Below the pieces are notes generated by a model, which did not search any database, had not been told where the DNA came from, and saw only the letters and a program-made list of their open reading frames with translations. Shown piece by piece: positions 28,617 to 36,359 of a DNA stretch of 64,000 nt; position 1 is the stretch's first letter; each line of letters opens with the position of its first letter. This DNA is from an uncultured virus (IMG/VR IMGVR_UViG_3300037067_011375) (taxonomy: Duplodnaviria > Heunggongvirae > Uroviricota > Caudoviricetes), in the IMG/VR virus record IMGVR_UViG_3300037067_011375, positions 62,001-126,000 of that record; one strand, 5' to 3'. Both the position numbers and the translations under genes were made by a program.

Positions 28617-29195
28617 TTAAAGACAAGGTAGCAACTCTGGGTCAGTCCACGGATTATTTATTTCCGTGACCAGGCGGGTGAGTTCTGCCCGGTACAACTT
28701 CAGGTTAGGGGTGACCAAAATGTAGTGGGGGCCTTGGATCACGGCCCTGACGTTGCAGACGCACGGGCAGGCGTCGGTAGGGTACTCGACATACTCGCAT
28801 TCAGGCGGGACCACCAAGCCCTTGGACCGGCAGGCCACAGGGTTCACGACCGACGGGATCAGTTGTTCGCCCGAGCAAACAGAGGTGTACCAGGTATCGG
28901 GTACCACCACGACAAAACCGTCGCGATTAATCCCAGGCCAGCCAACTTCCCCGAGGCACTGCTCCAGCAGGTTGGTCTCGAGATCAACTTCAAACAGAAA
29001 CTCATCGTCGGCAGGGAGGTCTTCTCGGATCACCGAGATGCCGCCCGGTGTCTTCTGAGCCAGAGAATCGTCAGGACGGTAGTGCGTGACGTCCAAAAAC
29101 AGGTCAAAATTGTAGTGGTCGTTGGGGCAAGATAGCAAAATCACTATTAAAACCACCATGCCCAAACGCCAAGGTAACCGGGTAGTCCGGGTCAT
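28617..29195 (-). CDS. Cys-rich exported protein or lipoprotein
   Basis: Signal-like N-terminus 'VVLIVILLSC'; GAGGTG RBS. Confidence 0.6.
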   Translation of the reverse strand: MTRTTRLPWRLGMVVLIVILLSCPNDHYNFDLFLDVTHYRPDDSLAQKTPGGISVIREDLPADDEFLFEVDLETNLLEQCLGEVGWPGINRDGFVVVVPDTWYTSVCSGEQLIPSVVNPVACRSKGLVVPPECEYVEYPTDACPCVCNVRAVIQGPHYILVTPNLKLYRAELTRLVTEINNPWTDPELLPCL

Positions 29196-29211
29196 TACAA
29201 CACCTCACCTT

Positions 29212-29229
29212 CTACTATAGATTAACGCA
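29212..29229 (-). promoter_or_regulatory. Phage-specific promoter motif copy (TGCGTTAATCTATAGTAG, minus strand)
   Basis: Oriented toward the minus-strand gene starting at 29195. Confidence 0.7.
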
Positions 29230-29253
29230 AGGTCATTATTTTCACGATCTTGC

Positions 29254-29281
29254 TTGACGTTGTCGTTCCACGCGGTAAAAT
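29254..29281 (+). promoter_or_regulatory. sigma70-like promoter
   Basis: TTGACG-16-TAAAAT. Confidence 0.55.
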
Positions 29282-29315
29282 GGCTGTAGACCATGATGGT
29301 CATGAGGCAAGCATA

Positions 29316-29660
29316 ATGTCCGCTGCTCCTGGTAATGGTGTCACGACTCTTTCGGTACGGCTTCCCGACGCTGTGCTGGACAAAATTCGCGTCCTGATCG
29401 CCGCCCACGGTGAAACCGCCACGTCCTTTATAGAACGGTCGGTCGGCCGACTGGTCGAGGAGGTCAAGACCGGCAATCTAGATGTCAGGCGACCTCTGAA
29501 AGCCTGGTGGGACCGGAGTCACCGGACCATGTGGACCGTCCGGATCCCCACGGGACTAAAAAAGGAATCCGAGACCCTAAAGCACCGGATTGCGTCCAGC
29601 ATGACCAACTGGATCATGCTGGCGGCGATCCGTGAGCTGGAGGAGACCCAGGACGAGTAG
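29316..29660 (+). CDS. Tandem ribbon-helix-helix DNA-binding protein
   Basis: Two RHH-like units, 'TLSVRLPDAVLDKI...' and 'MWTVRIPTGLKKE...'. Confidence 0.6.
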   Translation: MSAAPGNGVTTLSVRLPDAVLDKIRVLIAAHGETATSFIERSVGRLVEEVKTGNLDVRRPLKAWWDRSHRTMWTVRIPTGLKKESETLKHRIASSMTNWIMLAAIRELEETQDE

Positions 29661-29667
29661 AAAAAGG

Positions 29668-29696
29668 TTGACAAGGTAAACCAACCGAGGTACAAC
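29668..29696 (+). promoter_or_regulatory. sigma70-like promoter (leaderless transcript likely)
   Basis: TTGACA-17-TACAAC; ATG 6 nt downstream. Confidence 0.6.
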
Positions 29697-29702
29697 ACAG
29701 GA

Positions 29703-29891
29703 ATGGCACTGCAGGTTTCACCGGAACAGCCCAGAACTGTCTGCAGTTGGTGTCGGTGTGTCCTGGACGGTCGCGGGCCTGTTCAACCCGAAGAGGTCGC
29801 AACCCTAAGCCACGGGATTTGCCGCCCGTGCGAAGCAAGATACTTCGGCAATCTACCACAGGAGTCACAAAATGAATCTACAGGATTTTAA
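29703..29891 (+). CDS. Small zinc-binding protein
   Basis: 'VCSWC...SHGICRPC'. Confidence 0.65.
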   Translation: MALQVSPEQPRTVCSWCRCVLDGRGPVQPEEVATLSHGICRPCEARYFGNLPQESQNESTGF

Positions 29892-30972
29892 CCGTGATCT
29901 TGGCAAGTTGACCGACCGCACCGCTGACCCCACCGAGGCGGTCCAGCGGGTGCTCGCGTCATTCGCGGCCGACGCGATGGGCCGCAACCCAGACGTCGAC
30001 GACGACGGCGAGACCGCAATGGATTTTGTCAGTTTCATGATGGTGTTGCTTCAGAGCGACGCCGTCATCAATCTCCCGACGTACCGGCGCCGGCGGGTCG
30101 CGACCGTCAATCCCGACGAGATCGTGGTGTCGGCGGCCAACCGGCACGGCCGCGTCCTGGGGCTTACGTCAAACCAGCACGTCTGGTCCATGGGGGTCAA
30201 CATCAACGACGCCAACGTCATGACCGCCACGACCGTTGGGGCATCCAGGACTTTCCTGTTCCAGGACATCACGGGTGAGTGGTACGACGAGTGGAGCGGA
30301 ATCGACTTCCGGACCGACAACTTCCCCGAGAAGCTCCGGACCGCGTTCGCGGCCAGTGAGATCAAGTTCACCGAGATGGTGTCGAGAAACCGCGGGGCTG
30401 GTGTCTACGGGCGCCGTTTCATCCTGGCCAAGGCGGCGATCACCCGGCTGGCTGACCGCGACAAATTCCTCAAGGCCGAGGCCAAGCGGTTGGCTCCCCC
30501 GGTGGACCCCATGGCACCCAAGGCTCCGTGGTCAGGGTCCAAGAAGGTCGGGACTGGCGAGAAGGTCAAGGTCTGGGCGTTCAACTGCTTCGTGGATACC
30601 TCGCTGACCGGCGACTACACCCCGATGGGGTCGCTCGAGGAGGTCCAGCGGGAACGCCACCGACTCCGCCAGAACATCCAGACCCTCCGGTTTTGCACCA
30701 GGGCCACGGAGTTCGGGTTCTGGAAGGACCACATCGGTACCACCATCGGGCACGAGGACGCTGATCTGCTCGGTTGGCTCAAGGGCGGCGACCCCACTGC
30801 CCTGAAGGTACCGGCTTGGTGTCCGGGCGAGTGGACCACGGGGGTCAAGGCCCCTGGGGCCAAAACATTCTTCGCAGCTCTGCGGCGTCCCGATGCCCCC
30901 ACGGTTCGGTGGCGGGCTTGGCGCCAGACCGAGGAAGTCGCAGCCCCCATGGACGACAGCACCGGCGAGTAA
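29872..30972 (+). CDS. Hypothetical early protein
   Basis: AGGAG RBS; strong GC3 codon bias. Confidence 0.7.
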   Translation: MNLQDFNRDLGKLTDRTADPTEAVQRVLASFAADAMGRNPDVDDDGETAMDFVSFMMVLLQSDAVINLPTYRRRRVATVNPDEIVVSAANRHGRVLGLTSNQHVWSMGVNINDANVMTATTVGASRTFLFQDITGEWYDEWSGIDFRTDNFPEKLRTAFAASEIKFTEMVSRNRGAGVYGRRFILAKAAITRLADRDKFLKAEAKRLAPPVDPMAPKAPWSGSKKVGTGEKVKVWAFNCFVDTSLTGDYTPMGSLEEVQRERHRLRQNIQTLRFCTRATEFGFWKDHIGTTIGHEDADLLGWLKGGDPTALKVPAWCPGEWTTGVKAPGAKTFFAALRRPDAPTVRWRAWRQTEEVAAPMDDSTGE

Positions 30973-31009
30973 CTCCTAAACCAACACGCAGTCCAGTGAA
31001 AGGAAAATC

Positions 31010-31927
31010 ATGACGACCAAGTACCCCACCAAGCACGATGTCCGCGAGCACCATGGCAATCTTTACCGTGCGGCCAAGCAATGGCTGGAGCAGCCCGACA
31101 GCTGGTCCCCCGACTGGACCGACGACTGGGTCGCGGCTGCTGCTTTCCTGAACCAGCAGCCCGACGGCCGGATGTTCCATGAGACCCCCTGGACCCCCAA
31201 GGGGGTCATGGGGTTGTTCTCCCAATACCGGTTTGACGACCATGGTAATGTGGTCCCGACCCCCAGGGCTCCGCGACAGTCCCGCAAGCCCCTGGGGTTC
31301 CGGCGGACTGCCACGGGTTACCGTCGGTACCTGAAGCCCGGGACCAGTCAGTACCGCAAGGTCATGGCTTCGGTGGTCCAGGCATTCCAGTGCGGTGGCA
31401 CCGCTGCCGAAGCAGCCAAGATTCTGGAGACCAGTGACGCCAACCACCTCAAGAACTACCGGCAGGGCCGCCCCTGGACTGCCCCGGTGGTCACGAGCCT
31501 GATGTACCGACTGCGTCATGGCAATCCCGGTCTGCATGATCGCCTGGTCACCGAGATCCCGACCAATGTGGTACATAGGGATCCCAAGACCAAGAAGGAG
31601 CAGGTGGTCAACACGACCAAGCTGTTCGACACCCTGGCCAAGGAGTTTGCGCCGCCTGATGCACCTGTGATCGACGCGTTCACGACGCCCAAGCAGGAGT
31701 TTGCCTTCTACGCACCGTCACCGACGGCCAAGCAGGAGCCCAGCAAGCCCAAGGGCCGCGTCATGAAAATCCAGATCCGCGAGGCCGGTGACCTTCTCCA
31801 AGTGTTCCGGACCCATAGTGGTACCTTGGTCCTGACGGTCAAGTCCACCGACCAGCCAGGTGCCCTGATGTCCGCGGTCGACCAGTTCTGCCAGGGCCTC
31901 GGCGTCACGATCCCTAAGGTGCTGTAG
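31010..31927 (+). CDS. Hypothetical protein (possible DNA-binding)
   Basis: AAGGA RBS; HTH-like 'TAAEAAKIL'. Confidence 0.65.
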   Translation: MTTKYPTKHDVREHHGNLYRAAKQWLEQPDSWSPDWTDDWVAAAAFLNQQPDGRMFHETPWTPKGVMGLFSQYRFDDHGNVVPTPRAPRQSRKPLGFRRTATGYRRYLKPGTSQYRKVMASVVQAFQCGGTAAEAAKILETSDANHLKNYRQGRPWTAPVVTSLMYRLRHGNPGLHDRLVTEIPTNVVHRDPKTKKEQVVNTTKLFDTLAKEFAPPDAPVIDAFTTPKQEFAFYAPSPTAKQEPSKPKGRVMKIQIREAGDLLQVFRTHSGTLVLTVKSTDQPGALMSAVDQFCQGLGVTIPKVL

Positions 31928-32043
31928 TGAAATCTCCTTGGCCCACTTGGCTGTCCAGGACTTCCCAGCGCCTGATCTACGTGCTCTGGGTCATCGTGGT
32001 GATCGCTGGAATCGTGATCCTTGTTCTTCGCGGCACCTGGTAG
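31927..32043 (+). CDS. Small membrane protein (38 aa)
   Basis: GTG overlapping the upstream stop; 'LIYVLWVIVVIAGIVILVL'. Confidence 0.5.
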   Translation: MKSPWPTWLSRTSQRLIYVLWVIVVIAGIVILVLRGTW

Positions 32044-32175
32044 CGCTTGCTCACTCCCCAAGACATTGCCCAGCGGATTCAGCAGCATGACCTGAACAGA
32101 GCCCGCCGCAAGTCGCGGGGCTTCAGCCCCGGCGAATAGGCGCGGCTTTTCTTCGGCTTCAGCCAGAAATAGGTC

Positions 32176-32204
32176 TTGACAGCACTGTCTACAGGCACTA
32201 TAGT
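32176..32204 (+). promoter_or_regulatory. sigma70 promoter inside the IS left end, overlapped by GTCTAC/GTAGAC boxes
   Basis: TTGACA-17-TATAGT; the inverted pair CTGTCTACA/TGTAGACAG spans the -10 element. Confidence 0.75.
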
Positions 32205-32245
32205 GTAGACAGGACGGTAGACACAAAGGAGAAATAAATGAGAAC
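32205..32245 (+). repeat. ~41-bp gene-leader repeat, copy 1
   Basis: GTAGACAGGACGGTAGACACAAAGGAGAAATAAATGAGAAC. Confidence 0.9.
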
Positions 32246-32618
32246 TTTATACGTCGTGCTTGGTTTTGCTGCGCTAACGTTTGTGGGTTGTGGTAAGAGT
32301 CCTGAGGCGAGAAGGGAAGAGCTGATTAGTCTAGTAGAACGTAAGGTCCAGCATGACCTGCCCTATGAAGACCACAGCACCAGAATTGTTCATGCAAAAA
32401 TTAGCGATCCTTACCTATGTGTCTATGTAAATGCAGCAGGAGATCCGCTAGCCAGATACGCAAGCAGCTTTGCTCAAGAACAGGACGTATTGGGCGCGGC
32501 AAAGCAAGTTGGCCTTACTACGATCGTGATCCACAACGGTCTTAGATCTAATGAAATCGACACGGTAACCGGAACGTCTCAGATGCGTACTGATGCTCTA
32601 CCCAGCGGATGCAAGTAG
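32238..32618 (+). CDS. Putative lipoprotein (IS passenger 1)
   Basis: MRTLYVVLGFAALTFVGC lipobox; AAGGAG RBS. Confidence 0.75.
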   Translation: MRTLYVVLGFAALTFVGCGKSPEARREELISLVERKVQHDLPYEDHSTRIVHAKISDPYLCVYVNAAGDPLARYASSFAQEQDVLGAAKQVGLTTIVIHNGLRSNEIDTVTGTSQMRTDALPSGCK

Positions 32619-32655
32619 ACAGGACAGTAGACATAAAGGAGGAATAAATGAGAAC
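32615..32655 (+). repeat. ~41-bp gene-leader repeat, copy 2
   Basis: GTAGACAGGACAGTAGACATAAAGGAGGAATAAATGAGAAC; 3 mismatches to copy 1; supplies the TAG stop of passenger 1. Confidence 0.9.
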
Positions 32656-33244
32656 ATTAGGTTTTACCTTGTTTTGTCTGTGCTGCCTATCTTGTAAACA
32701 GGAGAGTCAATCTGCCGAGAAAGCGGAAACTGCTGATGCTGTTGCTCCGACGTGGCAGGAACAAGAAGCACAACGGGATCAGCAAAATCCGCTTGCTTCC
32801 GCGGCCTCGATCTACCGTGAGCTAGTTGACGCCTACGCGGTGTTGTCTGGCAAGGAAGAGTGCGTGCCCTGCACGCAACTGGTGCAACAGGAGCGTCGTG
32901 CTCAGCAAGTTCAACGCGGCGGCACTGACGAGCACCGACGCACAGCTTACAGCATCAAGAGTGCGGCCATCAAAGAATGTTGGGGGCATTTTGACGGTTA
33001 TGAAACCACACGGTTCGATCGCTACCACGAGCGCGTAGGGCGTTTTTCACCAGGTCAACACCAGGTTCTTTATCGACTCTTACAGAAGGGTTTGGTGCTA
33101 TTACGGCCATGTCGAGCTAAATTATGCCATTTGGCCAAAGACAATATTAGGCGCGAGGCTGAAGGTAAATGTAATGCACTGGGCGTAGTGCTGCTCGCCG
33201 TAGAAAAGGCGCTCAAGCAAGCCGGTGCATTCAAAGAGGAATAG
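32648..33244 (+). CDS. Putative lipoprotein (IS passenger 2)
   Basis: MRTLGFTLFCLCCLSC lipobox; AAGGAGG RBS. Confidence 0.75.
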   Translation: MRTLGFTLFCLCCLSCKQESQSAEKAETADAVAPTWQEQEAQRDQQNPLASAASIYRELVDAYAVLSGKEECVPCTQLVQQERRAQQVQRGGTDEHRRTAYSIKSAAIKECWGHFDGYETTRFDRYHERVGRFSPGQHQVLYRLLQKGLVLLRPCRAKLCHLAKDNIRREAEGKCNALGVVLLAVEKALKQAGAFKEE

Positions 33245-33258
33245 GGCCGGTACTCGCC

Positions 33259-33660
33259 ATGGCTAACGCGATGGAATACCAGCGAGACGAGCACCGGGTC
33301 CACTTGATCGTGTACCACTTGATCTGGGTGCCCCGACGCCGTAAAGCCGTGTTGATCGGTGCCGTCGCCCAGGACTGCAAGGCACTGATCGAGCGTAAGT
33401 GCGCGGAGCAGGGCTGGACCATCCTGGAGTTGGCCATTGACCCCGACCACATTCACCTTTTCGTGCGGGCCTGGCCTACCGTGTCGGCCGCCGAGATTAT
33501 ACAGAAGTGCAAGGGGTTGACTAGCCACGAGCTTAGAAAGCGACATCCCCAGCTCTTGAAACTGCCGTCACTGTGGACCAGGTCCTACTTTGCCTCCACG
33601 GCCGGTAATGTGTCGAGCGAAACCATCCAACGGTATATCGCGGCTCAGCGTAAATTCTGA
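33259..33660 (+). CDS. tnpA: IS200/IS605 Y1 (HUH) transposase
   Basis: 'YHLIWVPRRRK', HUH motif 'DHIHLF', 'LWTRSYF', catalytic Tyr in 'IQRYI'. Confidence 0.95.
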   Translation: MANAMEYQRDEHRVHLIVYHLIWVPRRRKAVLIGAVAQDCKALIERKCAEQGWTILELAIDPDHIHLFVRAWPTVSAAEIIQKCKGLTSHELRKRHPQLLKLPSLWTRSYFASTAGNVSSETIQRYIAAQRKF

Positions 33661-34808
33661 TGTTAAAGACCTTCCGCTACCGTCTCTACCCCAGCAAGGC
33701 CCAGGCCAAACGCCTGGCCTCGACGCTGGAGACGTGCCGCCGGGTCTACAACGACTGCTTGGCCGAGCGGAAAGTGGCCTACGAGACCGAAGGCAAGACC
33801 ATCGGGAAGTTCGAGCAGCTCCGTCACGTCAAGGAGATCAAAGCGACCAACCCCTATGCCAAAGGAGTCCACAGCCACGTCCTCCAGGTCACGATCTCGG
33901 ACCTGGATAAAGCGTTCCAAGCATTTTTCCGTAGGGTCAAGCAGGGCGAAAAGCCCGGCTACCCTAGGTTCAAGGGGCGGGATCGTTTTGACTCGTTCGG
34001 GCTGAAAGAACTGGGCAACGGATTTAAGGTGGACGGCCGACGGCTGAAGATCTCTGGTGTCGGAAGGATCGCGGTCAGGTGGCACCGGGAACTGGAAGGC
34101 AAGGTCAAGACTATCCGGTTGGTCCGGGCCGCGGGCCATTGGTTTGCATGTTTCTCCTGTGAGGTTGCTGTGCAGCCACCGCTGCCCGCGACGGGCAAGA
34201 GCGTTGGGCTTGACGTTGGTATCGAGAGCATCTTGACCACCAGCGATGGCGACAAGGTAGAGAACCCTAGGTGGTACCGTGGCGACCAAGCCAAGCTCAG
34301 GGTGGTGCAACGTAGGGTGTCCAGACGAAAGAAAGGGAGCAGGCGTCGGCGTAAAGCCATCAAGATGCTCCAACGGCACCACGAAAGAACCAAAAATCGG
34401 CGAAAGGATTTTTTGGACAAGTTGGCTTGCACGTTGATCACAACTAACGACGTCATCGCGATCGAAGACTTGCAGGTCACCAATATGGTCAGGAACCACC
34501 ACCTGGCCAAGAGCATCATGGACGCATCCTGGGGCTATCTGCGGCAACGACTTGAAGCCAAAGCGGCAGAAGCTGGACGGCAAGTCATCGCGGTACCCCC
34601 GGCCTACACGTCCAAATCTTGCTCGGGTTGTGGCGCTATTTTTGAGGATCTGAAATTAAGCACCAGATGGGTCAAGTGCTGCTGTGGTTTGTCTCTGGAC
34701 CGCGACCACAACGCTGCCGTCAACATTCTTAGGAGGGGACACCTCCTTCGGGAGTCAACGTGGGCCGCTCAAGAGCCGTGCGTATCCCGAGAAGCCGCTG
34801 GGCTTTAG
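33660..34808 (+). CDS. tnpB: RNA-guided endonuclease TnpB
   Basis: 'FRYRLYP', 'GLDVG', 'IEDL', 'TSKSCSGCG', 'DRDHNAAVN'. Confidence 0.95.
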   Translation: MLKTFRYRLYPSKAQAKRLASTLETCRRVYNDCLAERKVAYETEGKTIGKFEQLRHVKEIKATNPYAKGVHSHVLQVTISDLDKAFQAFFRRVKQGEKPGYPRFKGRDRFDSFGLKELGNGFKVDGRRLKISGVGRIAVRWHRELEGKVKTIRLVRAAGHWFACFSCEVAVQPPLPATGKSVGLDVGIESILTTSDGDKVENPRWYRGDQAKLRVVQRRVSRRKKGSRRRRKAIKMLQRHHERTKNRRKDFLDKLACTLITTNDVIAIEDLQVTNMVRNHHLAKSIMDASWGYLRQRLEAKAAEAGRQVIAVPPAYTSKSCSGCGAIFEDLKLSTRWVKCCCGLSLDRDHNAAVNILRRGHLLRESTWAAQEPCVSREAAGL

Positions 34809-35231
34809 CCCATGCGGAGTGTCACCGAGAGTACCAAACCACTATCATGTGGGCGTTGCTTGACGCGGTCGCGGACGCACATCAGTATGCCGATGTCCAG
34901 TTGGTCGAGACCCCCTGGACCCTCGTGGCCGACGTCGTGGCCTACGGAGTTCAAGGTAAATCCCCTGCCCTGACGACAGCGGCAATTCAATGTCTGGAGC
35001 AGGGATTCGCCGCCGTGGGCACCAAGGCCAGTATTTTATACGACTTGGCTGGTGACGGCAGCACCTGTTGTGTCGTGGATCCAGAAGTTCATGACCCCGA
35101 AAAGGTCGTGGCCAGGATGAAAGCCCCGGTGGTCAGGTATCAAGGCCGGATTTTTATTCGCCGTTAGTCCACGAAACTAAAACAGAATCCTGGGGCACGG
35201 CAAAATAAATCCATTTTTCTGTAAAAAAGAG

Positions 35232-35260
35232 TTGACGTTGTCAATCAAATGACCTATATA
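35232..35260 (+). promoter_or_regulatory. sigma70-like promoter
   Basis: TTGACG-17-TATATA with an A/T-rich UP region. Confidence 0.65.
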
Positions 35261-35317
35261 TTGCTTGTAGGCAGCGACAACCAACGGCCCCAAGGGGCCT
35301 GAACCAGGAGAACGAAA

Positions 35318-36130
35318 ATGCCCAGCAAGAAGATCGATGGTATCACCCGCAACGATTTCTTCTACGTGGAGACCAAGTTCGTCCGGGTGGAGCCCGGGTT
35401 CAACGGAAGGATCACCACGACCGACAACGGAGTCGCCCCCGACGACGACCTCGCCGACCTGGAGTCGATCCGGGAGCACGGGGTCCTGGTGCCGCTCATG
35501 GTGCGGCCCGACCCCGAGGGGATCACCAAGTACGTGGTGATCGAGGGGCACCGGCGGCTCGCCAAGGTGCTGCTGCTGAACGCGAACGGCTGCGACATCC
35601 GGGTGCCCGTCATCGTCGAGCACGTCAACGAGCAGGACGCCGCCGCCATGATGGCGATGGCGGGGCTCCAGCGCAAGAACTTCTCGTTCGCCGAGGAGGT
35701 CAACATCGTCCGGAAGTTCGCCCGGTGGGGCCTGTCCCCGGCCGAGACGGCCAAGAAGATCGGGATGCCGGTGGAGTGGGTGCGGCAGCACCTCGCGGTT
35801 TCCGCCGCCCCCGAGTCCGTCCTGGCGGCCGTGGCCTCCGGGGCCATGCCGGCCGACGTGGCGGTCAAGATCGCGAACCTCTCGGCCCGGGATGTCAAGA
35901 AGGTCGTGGACGCGGCCCAGAAGGGCCGGGGCTGCGCCCGCAAGGCCTCAGAGAAGGTGACCGGCAAGGCCGCGCGGCCCGGCAAGAAGGTGGTGGTGTC
36001 CATGAAGACCCTGCTGGCCGAGACCAAGCGGAACCGGAGCCCCCGGGTGAACCGCTGGATCGAGACCTGCCTGGACTTCGCGGCCGGGATGGTCCCGGCC
36101 GACGACCTGGCCGACATGCTCCGTCGCTAG
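35318..36130 (+). CDS. ParB/Spo0J-like protein
   Basis: 'SIREHGVLVPLMVR...VIEGHRRL' ParB-N box followed by an HTH ('SPAETAKKIGMPVEWVRQHL'). Confidence 0.85.
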   Translation: MPSKKIDGITRNDFFYVETKFVRVEPGFNGRITTTDNGVAPDDDLADLESIREHGVLVPLMVRPDPEGITKYVVIEGHRRLAKVLLLNANGCDIRVPVIVEHVNEQDAAAMMAMAGLQRKNFSFAEEVNIVRKFARWGLSPAETAKKIGMPVEWVRQHLAVSAAPESVLAAVASGAMPADVAVKIANLSARDVKKVVDAAQKGRGCARKASEKVTGKAARPGKKVVVSMKTLLAETKRNRSPRVNRWIETCLDFAAGMVPADDLADMLRR

Positions 36131-36180
36131 TCCTTCCTTTCCGCTGCTTCCCCTTTCGCCTTTTTCTTTCCAAAGACCTC

Positions 36181-36209
36181 TTGACAAGTATTGCACTGCG
36201 CGGTACACA
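36181..36209 (+). promoter_or_regulatory. sigma70-like promoter for the RHH-tnpB operon
   Basis: TTGACA-17-TACACA; ATG 6 nt downstream. Confidence 0.55.
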
Positions 36210-36215
36210 ATAGGT

Positions 36216-36359
36216 ATGAAGACTGCTACCAGCTTCCGCCTGTCCAAGCGGGCCCATGAAATCTTGGCCATCCTGGCTGAACAGAAGGGCGTCAGCAGGA
36301 CCGCCATCATAGAGATCGCGTTGCGTGAATTGATCACACGGGAAAAGTCCAGTGGGTAG
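36216..36359 (+). CDS. CopG-like ribbon-helix-helix protein (47 aa, absent from the ORF track)
   Basis: MKTATSFRLSKRAHEILAILAEQKGVSRTAIIEIALRELITREKSSG*; overlaps the tnpB start. Confidence 0.8.
   Translation: MKTATSFRLSKRAHEILAILAEQKGVSRTAIIEIALRELITREKSSG

Larger units (their letters stand above)
32092..34825 (+). mobile_element. IS200/IS605-family element with tnpA, tnpB and two passenger genes
   Basis: Left end: target TGAC (32088-91), guide CAAG (32109-12), hairpin GGGGC-TTCA-GCCCC. Right end: guide GAAG (34791-94), hairpin TGGGC-TTTA-GCCCA, cleavage site TCAC (34822-25). Confidence 0.85.
32047..35167 (+). pseudogene. Phage gene split by an IS200/IS605 insertion (32047-32091 joined to 34826-35167)
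   Basis: Removing 32092-34825 gives an in-frame MLTPQDIAQRIQQHD|REYQTTIMWALLDAV...RIFIRR*. Confidence 0.7.

Noticed and set aside
32093..32097. TGAAC as the IS target with the left end at 32098
   Set aside because: This junction is also in frame, but the CAAG guide and its spacing fit TGAC at 32088-91 better.
32205..32655. CRISPR mini-array associated with TnpB
   Set aside because: Only two copies, separated by a whole 370-bp gene; the repeat contains an RBS and start codon.
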